64,000 nucleotides of DNA from Ruditapes philippinarum (lineage: Eukaryota): the NCBI RefSeq assembly GCF_026571515.1, contig NW_026864039.1:186001-250000 (forward strand), read 5' to 3'. This document shows positions 28,518-39,849 of this stretch, one piece after another. Numbering within the stretch: position 1 is the stretch's first letter; each line of letters begins with the position of its first letter. A program made the translations under genes and the position numbers. The notes under the pieces are model-generated. The model was not told where the DNA came from, ran no database searches, and was given only the letters and a program-made list of their open reading frames with translations.

Positions 28518-28779
28518 CCTCCTTGTGGCTGAGGGGTGGCCTTTCAGGGTTGATGCATCAGAATTGCAGCCACCATTTAGCCCTCAGTGTGATCATAAGA
28601 GGTGACTAAATGGGTTCCAATGACTGGGGTCTATTTTTAGCTCCAACAGGTGAGGTGGTTTTGACACCTGGTGTTGCTTTAAGTTTGTTACACCCAAGGT
28701 AAGCCAAAGTCATCTTTCCTATTTTGGCACCATATGACCTAAATTGTGTTGGTGCACGCCATAAAACCAAACTAAGCAA
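28518..28779 (+). mobile_element. SINE-like retroposon (262 bp), atypical head
   Basis: Flanked by the 10-bp direct repeat ACATTACCAT (28508-28517 and 28780-28789). Ends CATATGACCTAAATTGTGTTGGTGC..TAAAACCAAAC. A second copy lies on the minus strand at ~62020-62230. Confidence 0.75.
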
Positions 28780-29459
28780 ACATTACCATTTTTTCTTTAC
28801 TGCAGACGTTACAGCTTTGATTCATCCCCCAGACTTTGTATTTTTTTATGGAATGATTAGATGACAAAGGTTCACTGATGCTTAATATATATACCAGTAA
28901 ATATCTCTCTTTGAAGCCCTGAAAAGTTGTTTCCTCGGTAATTAGTTGCCAAAGAAGGATGGAACAGTGCTTTGTAGCTATAATGAAAATATCTTTGAAC
29001 CTGTGTATAAAAATTAATGAACATGGTTGAACTAATTAAATGACAAAGTTTCTTGTGGCTAATTAAATATCACCTGATTTAATGGCTATAAATACATGTG
29101 AGAACTGCAGGTTTGTCTGTTTATTTTAAGGCATGACTGTGTTTATTCTGATTCTTCAAAGTTCATTTCCCTTCCATTTATAGTATTTTTAATTCAACCA
29201 TTAAAGCACAAAATAAAATGATGGAAGTCATCTCTAAACAAATGAACACACCAAATGCTTCAGTTTTTTCTTCATTTCTTCAGAATTAATTTGTTTGGAG
29301 TTATATTGTGTTGACATTACCTGAATGATAATTTCTAGTTGATTAATGTGTGCACCTGATGCCCATCATATTGTAGAACATTTGCACTTAGATAGATAAT
29401 ATTTCTTAACAACCATTGTTACACTACATCATCTTATCAGCAGCCTTTGGTTTGTTATA

Positions 29460-29665
29460 AATTAACCATGCTAGTATCTGTAATGGACATAATTTTCCAT
29501 CTTTCATTCTGGACACAATTATTGATCATTTTTAGGGAACATTTTAAGATCTGTACTGATTGAATTGTTAACAGTTCAGACCATGATCATATGGCATGAA
29601 TGTTCTGGCTGATCTTGGTCTGTACTGTTCGTTAGATGCAAGGTTAGCTAGTTCGCTCTCAAGGG
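29460..29665 (+). mobile_element. Degraded copy of the old ~200-bp MITE-like family
   Basis: TACTGATTGAAT..AACAGTTCAGACCATGATCA..GGCTGATCTTGGTCTGTACTG core, shared with 51008-51075 and 60087-60152. Confidence 0.6.
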
Positions 29666-31245
29666 CTGTGATCATGAAGCATTCATTGTGACACTTTTAA
29701 AACATTCCTTGATAAATATAGATTTAAAGAACTCAAGAGCTTTGTAAACATATTTATTTGCTTTTTATGATTTTTTAAACTAACTAAGATATTTTATGTT
29801 GTACAACATGCCTTTGAAATATAGAACACTTAATTTTGTTAAAAAAGATTCCACTGAGTTTATTCGACATGAAGGGACTGAAAGTATTTTTTTGAGGCTT
29901 TTGCACTATTTGAATTGTAAATCTGTGGTAATAATTTATTTGCAAAATTTCAGGTCATTCCCTTACTCCATTTTCCTAGAATAAGTATTTTTACAGTGCA
30001 AAATGACAAAATAATGAAGCATCATGCCATTCAATGCTTTTCACTCAGACAGGGCTGAAAATTGTACAAAAATCAATTTTCAATTTAACTCTTGAGTATA
30101 TCTCTGTAGCATCTTTTGCAGAGTTAAGTGCATCACGTGATCTCTGCAAGAATTTCATACTTTATGTTTCAAGCAGAGTCAAAGGACACCAGTCAACTGG
30201 CTAGAGTGTTACAAGTTTGTTGCTGAGATACTGCTAAAATAAACATAGTATTTGTTAACAAGATGCTTGTTACTTCAAGAATAACATCATACTGGGATTT
30301 AAAATTTTGAAATTGATCTAACTGGTATATATTTGTCGCCTTTAGGTAAAGATTGATGAAATGTCTTGTATTGGATTGTCACGGAAACTCTCCAGGAAAC
30401 ACTCCATCGCAGCTACAATGTTTTCATTTACTTCATTATCTCACATGCAATATTTAATAATTCATGAAATTCTGTCTTGATTTTCCTCTTTCATGAATTG
30501 ATTTCACTTATTGGCAAAAACTGTTATCAAAATGTAATTATATGAGGCTTGATTAAAAAAAAAAAGTTCCGAGAGAAAAAATAGTTCCGAAAAAAAATAT
30601 AGTTCCGAGAAAACTGAAGTAAAATGAATTTGATGTGTCATCAATTACTTCTGCCTTAGATTATGTCGTGGAGAACCTTACATTTAGTCCTGAGTATCAT
30701 ACTGCAGCAAGAATTTTCCTGGAAAGCAATGAAAACATAGGAATACTATGATAAGGTGAAAATGACAGATTTACATGGAGTTTGCCATGTTTGTTATGAC
30801 TTCGTCAATGAATGACTTAAAGTCAGGTTTGATTGTGTTGGGTGGGAGCTGCATTCTGTTTATGTTGCCTTTGCCTTATTGATCAAACTTTTCCTAATTT
30901 TTTTTGTATCTCACAGCCGTAACTTATATCAATTTTATATTATTTTTATTTTATTTGTTTCTAACTATAAAGGAATGAGATGTAATTAGCAGACAACTGT
31001 AATTGCCTGTAATAATGGTCTGGAGTTTGACTTGTACAGTTTATCTAGTCATCAAATTAGTCTGAATCAGTTACACAAGGTAAATGACCTGTCTATCAGT
31101 AGTATAAGTTATCTGAATGGTTAAGTTTTGATTTACAGTGATATATGTGTTGTAATGATTCTGCACAATTTGTAATGTCCTTTTTCATTGGATAATCCTG
31201 ATGTTAATATATACTATATTATATACTAAGCTGCTGTCAATTTCA

Positions 31246-31843
31246 TTTTTAGCTCGACTATTCGATAAGAATAAGTAGAGCTATTGCAGTCACCCGAGCG
31301 TCGGCGTCTGCGTCGGCGTAACCACTTATGTTAAAGTTTTTGTAATAGTTCAAATATTTTAAAAGTCCATTGACATATGGCTTTGAAACTTTGCACACTT
31401 GTTCACCATCATGACCCCAACCTGTAGACAGGAGGAGGTAACTCTATCAAGCATTTTGACAGAATTATGCCCCTTTTTCGACTTAGAATTTATGTTAAAG
31501 TTTTTGTAATACCTTAAATATTTTCCAAGTCCATTGACATATGGCTTTGAAACTTTGCACACTTGTTCACCATCATGACCCCAACTTGTAGACAGGAGGA
31601 GGTAACTCTATCAAGCATTTTGACAGAATTATGCCCCTTTTTCGACTTGGAATTTATGTTAAAGTTTTTGTAATACCTCAAATATTTTCAAAGTTCATTG
31701 ACATATGGCTTTGAAACTTTGCACACTTGTTCACCATCATTACCCCAACCTGTAAACAGGAGGAGGTAACTCTATCAAGCATTTTTTTTTACTATCAAGC
31801 ACTAAGAATAGTCGAGCGTTGCTGTCCTACCGACAGCTCTTTT
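31246..31843 (+). mobile_element. HINE/DINE-1-like Helentron non-autonomous element with ~2.8 x 164-bp internal tandem units
   Basis: 5' subTIR AGCTCGACTATTC (31251), (GCGTCG)n microsatellite, units starting at 31327, 31491 and 31655, 3' subTIR GAATAGTCGAGC (31806), hairpin GCTGTC-ctacc-GACAGC, T-rich flanks. Confidence 0.9.
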
Positions 31844-32677
31844 ATTTTGAATAATCCTCATCATGCATATGATCATAATGGACCTGGTCCGCTTTCAATT
31901 TAAGTAAAATTGAAGGGAGGATTTCAAATAATTCTGACTGAATAGCAAACAGTGTGAGGGCACAGATGTGCAAGCTGATCTTGATGAGGTTAAGATGATT
32001 CAAAATATCTATACATGTATTAGATTAAACTTTATATGGCATACACAATTTAGCTTCTAAAGCTTTGCAATAAATGCCTATGATAATAAATGATATGCTC
32101 TTCTCAAGAATAGTCAAGTTTGAATTTATTTGTTTGAAAAGCTAAGTACGTTATAAAGTCGTCATGTACTTTTTTGTCTGTAAATTCTGTATTTACTGCT
32201 CCAAACATCTACAAACATCAATAATCAGAACATCCCATCACCAGAATCTTAAATGCCGCCAAAATTGCTGATGTTACCATTTTTCTTGAGTCCATAAATA
32301 ACTTTAAACTGTATAATTTGAGCATTATTTGAGAAATTGCACATTTATCTTTTTAGACTTGATTAGCTCAGGAGGTTTTTGTCTGAAACTGGAAGGTTTC
32401 TTCACAGAATTATTTAATAAATTTGTGGGAGAGGCTTCTTGAGTCAGTTTCATTTGGAAATTAAGCTAGAAATGTTCTTGCTATTCAAACTGATAATACT
32501 ATTACAGTGTAAAATTTAACGTCATCTGCTGTAATCAATTCCATCACAACTAGGAGAGATGGAAGTAGAGAGCTGGTTATTCCTATACAATATCTTAAAT
32601 TGATATCAAAAGAAAAAAATCTTGATTTTCTCAAAAAACTGAAGTCTGATCCTCTCTATCTAATGCTTCTTTTTCCT

Positions 32678-32911
32678 CAGCCGCGTCACGACAAAACCAA
32701 CATGTGCGTATGCGACCAGCATTGATCCAGACCAGCCTGGGCATCCGCACAGTCTGATCAGGATCCATGCTGTTCGCTTACCAACCCCATTACAAGTAGG
32801 GAAACTGATAGGGAACAGCATGGATCCTGATCAGTCTGCACAGATGCGCAGGCTGGTCTGGATCCATGCTGGTAGCAAACGCACTATGTTGGTTTTGTCA
32901 TGACGCGGCTC
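32678..32911. mobile_element. Palindromic MITE, Sola-like (copy 3)
   Basis: Same inverted arms and spacer as the copies at 23176 and 27065; TSD not preserved. Confidence 0.9.
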
Positions 32912-33764
32912 AGTTGATTTTTTCTTTAGGTTAAATATATTAGGCCTTGCTGATTTTCATTCTGTAAGTTTGTATATACTAGACTGGTGTATGATTAATA
33001 CTCTGACTTACTCCGGAATTAAGAATATTTTGGATTTCCCCAGATTATCAGGGGGTACAGACAAACTTTAACAGTTACAACTAGGTGATATTGCACTTAT
33101 ACTAGTGTAAATGGTTGTGCACTGTGAAGACACAATAGCGGTATAAGGTTATTTGTTCCCCTGGATTAGCTAGGAAAAACCCACTTTTGCCGAGTTCCGG
33201 ATAACAACTATTCATATTCAGTATTGCAATGTTCACCAGGTACAGTGAGGTACTATAGTAAGAACAAGAAATAACAATTTCTGTAGGAAGATAATAAGTT
33301 TGTGACTGTTAACATCAATATTTTGTCAGCAGCATCTGTTAGACTTCTTGTAAAGAAATGAAATGTTATTTTCTCAAATATTGGATAGCTGAGACATTGT
33401 GAACACTTGTTATACGTGGTCAATATATTAACACCAGTTTATGTAAATATTGGAGTAACAATCATAGTGATAAAATAACAACAATAGCTGCTGAAATATT
33501 ACAATGTTTGCTTCCTAATTGTTGAAAGAATGTTTAGCAATAAATTATGTTTTAGTCAAATATTTGTTCATTCTGTTAATTATTTTAATTTTCAACATAA
33601 TTATGGGCATACCAGTTGTTGATGTTTGCTAATTCTTTTACCCTGTTTGCAAATATTGATAACCTGACATCATTATTGTTTTTTTATTGTACCTCAATAA
33701 ATCTCCCAATGTATAAACTACACCATAGACCTTTAATCAGAGATCTGACTGAATATCACTTCAA

Positions 33765-33945
33765 TAGAGAATATTCCCCAAAGAATATTATATTACCCTG
33801 GGGCATATAAATCACCCTCATAATGGATATTCCCTGGGAGATTATTCTTATATCACCTTGGGGAATATTAATCACCCTCAAATAGGATATTCCCCAAAGA
33901 ATATTTATTATATCACCCTGGAGCTGAGAAGAGAATATTCCTATG
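33765..33945. repeat. Short ~60-bp tandem repeat (about 3 copies)
   Basis: GATATTCCCCAAAGAATATT..TATATCACCCTGGGG..AATCACCCTCA repeated. Confidence 0.7.
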
Positions 33946-34825
33946 TCATGTGGTTGAAAACACCCAATGTCACCCCAACAGCCATGTGTTTTATCTACTA
34001 TAAAAAAAACACTGATAGAGGCATATTATGATTGCAGCCTCTCAAATATTTCGTTATTGCATACCAGTAACTTTCATTTAAAGCTTAGTTTGATTTGGTA
34101 ATGAAAGCAACTTGTCTGTAAAGTGAAACATTAGGGTTGTGCTTTTTCATTATCCATCATATACAGACTCTGCTATCAAACCAAGTCTGCAATATTCATG
34201 TTATTTTGTTGTGATAAATTATAACTTCCAAGGGATCAAACATTATCCAGATTTTTAGAGAAGCAGCACCATAAAAGGTAATATTGTCATATACTCTGCT
34301 GCAAAGACTGAATGATGGTTGGATGCTAAAGTTATATATGTTGTTCAAGACAAACAAGCACTGATCTTAAATTAAAAAAAGACAATATTATATTTAAATT
34401 AATTGACATTTCCATCTTCATTATTGTGATCACAAAGATAATTAATATATATATAGTATATAACATTAAGATTTGCTAGGATATAATAATTAATAATAAT
34501 AATGGTTATTTTGATATTGTAGAAGTATTATATAGGAAGTATACAAGAATGTTAAACAATTTCCATGTACTACCACGGCTCATTTACTAATTAACCAATT
34601 CCTAAGTGACCAAAAAGTCTGCTATCACTCAGTATTCATTTAGACCAACAACAAATATGTCCTTTTATCATAATAATAAAGTATTCTGCTTTTGCTGTTG
34701 TGCTTTGATTAAAGTTCCTTTGCTGTCTAAATTCTTTTACTTGCAGTGGAAATCAAATACAGACAGAACATTATGACCATGCCATGCAGACCTCTAATTC
34801 CCAAAACTGTTTTGATTGTAAATTC

Positions 34826-37800
34826 TTTTTTTTTTTTTTTCATTTATTTGATATTTGTAATATAACAATACAAACATACATATTAACATACAATTCATAG
34901 ACTCATACCTATAATTTCAAAAACAAAAAAAAAACTACATAAGTATGAAAAAACATCCATTTACTCCATATTTCTACTATATATTTTATCATTTCGAATA
35001 ATAGAAAGAGTATTTCAGATAAAGGGACTGAAAATTTAAAGTACATGTATATTCAAAGACATTTTAACATTATTTGGAGAAAGGGAGAATGAAAAAAAGA
35101 AGGAGTTTTGAAGTATATTCAAAAATATTTAACATTATTAGGTGTAAAAATAAGGAAAGAGAGAGAAAAAAAACAACAAAGAAAATGTCAGAGAAAAATA
35201 TACATACACAAACATACACACAGACATTCAAAAAGATACTTTTTTCCTACATACATACAAAAACATACATACAATCGCAAAAAAAGATACAAACAAACAA
35301 AAAAAAAGGAACAAGCGAGCTAATTTCAATTAATTTTCTTACGTTTTATGGTTTTGAAATTATTTTTAACTTTCTCTTACTGTTGGTTTGTAGGTTAGAG
35401 CGTTAAACAAGTTACCCCATTTTTGTTTGTGTGATTCAACGTTATCATTTAGAAAAGCAATTTCCTCTTCAATTTGTATTCTCAATAGCAAAAAGTTTTT
35501 GAAAATATCAAAAGTTGGTTCATGCTTTTGGTATTTCATTTTAAGGATAAAATATTTCATAAGTATGATGATATAATTTACTAAAATACTATTAATATTG
35601 TTTTTCAGTTCTCCAAAAAACACTGTTTCTAAATTATATGAGAAAACAATATTGATTGATAAAAGAAAAGAATGTAATTTTGACCATAAATTTTGTACAA
35701 TAGTACATTCCAAAAAAAGATGGTAAAGCGTTTCTAAATTGCTACCACAAAAATCACATAGATTTGAATTACAAAGGCTATACTTAAATAACATTGTATT
35801 AGTTGGAATAAGTCTATGAATAAATTTGTATTGAAAATTTCTCAATGACACGTCTGTAGTACTTTTAAATGGAACCATATATATTTTTTGCCAATCCAAC
35901 TCAGTTTCTATTCTTTTTCCCATTTCTCTTCATTTGTATTTTTGAATCTTTCATCATTTTCAAGTTGAATATTATATAAAAGCTTATTTGTAGATTTTGA
36001 TTTTTTAACTTTATTTAGGAGTGTATCTTGTTCTTCGTTATAATTTCTTGTAGATTTCAGACTATTAAGATATCCTTTTGGTATATTATTCACAAGCGTG
36101 TAATATTTTAAAAACTCAGCATTTTTCCATACCATAGATATTTTTAAGGTCTTCAATTTGTAGAGTTCATTTTTCCTATAATCATATAGATGTTCTAAAT
36201 ATAGAATACCTTTTTGATGCCATGTTTTATAGTACACCAATTTATTATCAATTTTAATATTCGAATTATTCCATATTATATGTTTTAGGTTATCTTTTTT
36301 TATTATTGTGTTCTTGTTGAATATGAAACCATGACGAAAGCACATTGTTTACAAATGAATTATGAGGAAAAAGCTTATTGATATATCTGATTTCGAAAGA
36401 TTACAGTCAAATATAAGGTCATTTCCATATTGTTTTATCTTTTGATTTATAAAAAGTTTCCATAATCCTTTATTGTCCTCATTTATATATCGTTTGACCC
36501 AATTTGCCTTTACTGCATTTAAAAAATTATTAATATCGATCATTTTTAAACCACCATTTTTAACATTAAGTTTTAATGTTTTACGTTTGATTTTTTTCTG
36601 GCTTGCCATCCCAAAGAAACAAAAAACATTGCTTTAATTATTTCTTTTATCTTATTACTTGATGGGTTTTCTAAAAACTGAAAATGGATACAACAGTTTA
36701 GGTAAGGCAAATGTTTTATTACCATCACTTTACCCATAAGGGTCAGTTTTCTGTGTTGCCATTGTTTTAAACAAATAAAAAGTTTCTTAGTTTTGGTTCT
36801 AAATTTATATCTGTATTTATTTTTGTAATTAGACGAGAAAAGAATACCTAGAGTTTTTTGCTGAATCAGATGTCCAATTGAATTTTTTATATTACAATGT
36901 TCTATATCACTTTTTGTGAGCGATCCCACTCGTAGAACTGTGGATTTTTTTGTATTAAGTTTTAAACCAGAGATTTGCTAAATTCCGTTATGACATATAC
37001 AAGTTTTTTCAAAAGACTTCACTGATCCATCATTAACAAATGTTGCATCATCTGCAAAAAAGGATTGCTTTATTGTTTTGTTCGCGATTTCTATTCCTTT
37101 AATTTCACTATCTTTTTCTATGAAATTTGATAATATTTCTATACATAAAATAAATAATGAAGATGATAATGGACATCCCTGACGTACTCCCCTTTCTATA
37201 TTAAAAGACTCTGAAAAATGTCCATTATTGATAACTATACTTGATATATCAGTATAAAAGATTTTTAACCCATTTTATAAGATCTTGCCAAAATTAAATT
37301 TATTCAGTGTATCAAATATAAATTGATGGCTTAGACTGTCGAATGCTTTTTCATAATCAGCAAAGAATAATAAACCCGGTTTATTTTCTTTCTGCAGATG
37401 TTCAATAATTTCAAAAAATCAGCCTTACATTTTCACCAATATATCTATTTTTCATAAAACCAGTTTGATTAAAACTTATTATAGACGGCAGAACTTTTTT
37501 TATTCTATTTGAAATTGTTTTTGTTGCAAGTTTATAATCAACATTGAGCAAGCTTATTGGTCTCCAATTTGAAATATCTGTAAGATCTTTATCCGGTTTA
37601 GGAATAAGGGATATTATTCCTTGTCTTTGAAGTGTTGTTTAATTTTGAAGTATCAAAAGAGTAATTAATGGAAGCTAGATAATAGTCTTTTATGCTATTC
37701 CAAAATAATTTATAGAATTCAACTGTTAAACCATCAGATCCTGGACTTTTATTATTTTTCATTTCTGATAAAGCTATTTTACATTCATATTCATTAATTT

Positions 37801-39849
37801 TCCCTTCACATGTGATCTTTTCTTCTTCATTTAATAATTTTATATCTGTATCAAAAAAATTAATATTTGAGTTTTGAGAAGTTCTATATCTATACAAACA
37901 TTCATAAAAGGATTTTTCTTCTTTTAATATTTCTTTTATTTCTGTTATTTCTTTATTTTCTACTTTTAATTTATGTATAACTTTTTTCTCGGCTTGTCTT
38001 TTTTCTAAGTTTGCAAAATATTTACTATTTTTTTCGTTATGTTCTACATGAATAGCTCTTGCTCTTAAAATTGAGCCATTTACACGATATTCATAAATTT
38101 CATCAAGTTTTTGTTTTTTTAATAAAATTTCATTTTTTAACTTATTTTCATCTTCACTTTCTTTATAGGAATCAATTGTTAGTATTTTTTCTTCTAATTG
38201 TTTTATTTCATCGATCAAATTTAACTCTTGTTCTTTTTCTTTCTTTTTCTTAAAACTTGCATAACGTATTGTTTTCATTTCTTATTGCACCTTTTATTAT
38301 TTCCATAAAGTATTTGGATTTGATGTTTTATTTATTTCTGCTGTTGTTTGAATAATTTCTTTAATTTGACTTTGATAAACTTCATCTAATAATAAAGCAC
38401 TGTTCATTTTAAAGTATCCAGGTCCTTTTTGCATTGCATTATCATTAAATGTCAAAGTAACTAGAGAGAATGATCTGTTTTAAAGCCATGTGAAATATTA
38501 CTTTTTGAAATGATGTTTCTAAGCGAATCGGATATAAGAAAGTAATCAAGTCTACAGTATATGACTGGGTTTTCCATTAGAGTGCCATGTAAATTGCCTC
38601 TTTTCAGGTGTTTAAAAAACGCCAAATGTCAATTAGATTACATGTTTCAATTATGTTTTTTATCTTATCTCTACATTTTCTACTTGTATGAAGATTTCCA
38701 TTCTTTTTATCCAAAGATGTATTAATTACTGTATTGAAATCGCCACCGATTAAAATGTTCTTGTCGTCATTTTCAAGAATAAACTTTTCAAGTATATCAA
38801 AAATATATATGTTATCATCATTTTTGGTCCATAAATATTAATCATTGTGAAATCCTTGTCATTTATTTTTTACTTCAATCATTATTAATTTTCCCTATAA
38901 TCAATTCTTTTTTATTTAAAATTTTAATATTACAATCGTTTTTAATCAAAAATGCAACGCCTGCTTTGTTAGATTTTTATTTCCACTGAAAAAAGTTGTG
39001 CCATTCCATTCATTTTTCAAAGGTTCATATTGATTTGTTAAGTGGGTTTCTTGTAACATATAAATAGAATATGGTTGTGAATCCAGCCAATTAAATAATT
39101 GTTTTCGTTTGTGACTATTTCCCTAACCCTCTAACATTTAAAGTAATTATTGTAGTTTCCATGAAGAGCAAAACCAATCTCATACTTAAAAGTATAAAAC
39201 CATAATACACAAAAAACAAAACCAGCTCACCTATTAAACTGAAAAAAACAATTACGAAAACAAACTGTTGATTGTTTTTTTCATTTACATGTAATGTGAT
39301 CCATATATTGCTAACCTCAAAAAAAATATACAAAGTAGACTTTAAAAAAGTGACAGAATTATAAATGCAATTTTATTAAGCAATCAATATATGTGCTCTT
39401 TTGCTTACTCTTATTTTTTTAAACTTTATATAGTATGCTTTTTATTACTTCAATATAATAAACTTCAGTAAAATAATGCTTCCACAAATAAAACAAAAAT
39501 ATTCTTAATTGGATACATTTAAATGTAAAACTCACGTTAACTTGTTATCTATTTTATAATTATCCATAGTGTATTTTATTACTAAAATTATTAAAGTTGT
39601 TTCTTATACTTTAGAAGTATACATACAATTTCCATGTATATTAGTTTAGTATTTAACTTTTTTCTTTTTGCTCCGTGGTTTTAAATATTGTACCGCAAAA
39701 TTCGAAAGTTGTATTGAGAAACAACATAAGTGAGAAAAAATAACCTTTTGAATGTGTTCTATTAATAAAAGAAAAAAAAAAATAAAAAAAAAAAAAAACA
39801 ACAAAAAAAAAAAAAACACAAAATACAATCTCTTGCTTATATGCCTTTT
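34826..39849 (-). mobile_element. L1/Tx1-clade LINE retrotransposon, 5.0 kb, ORF1 absent (probably 5'-truncated)
   Basis: Poly(A) (T-run at 34826-34840) preceded by AATAAA on the minus strand. Direct repeat TTGTAAATTCT at 34816-34826 and 39850-39860 (TSD). Full-length ORF2 motifs inside. Confidence 0.93.
35366..39162 (-). pseudogene. LINE ORF2: APE endonuclease, reverse transcriptase and C-terminal zf-RVT, frameshifted as assembled
   Basis: METTIITLNVRGL, LQETH, GGDFN, RLDYFLIS, TDHS (endonuclease); KSPGSDGLTVEFYK, WRPISLLNVDYK, DYEKAFDS, GVRQGCPLS, FADD at 37047-37058 (RT); FQYKFIHR..CDFC..ETLYHLFLEC (zinc finger). Confidence 0.95.

Noticed and set aside
35074-35406. Lys-rich plus-strand ORFs
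   Set aside because: Antisense of the low-complexity LINE 3' UTR.
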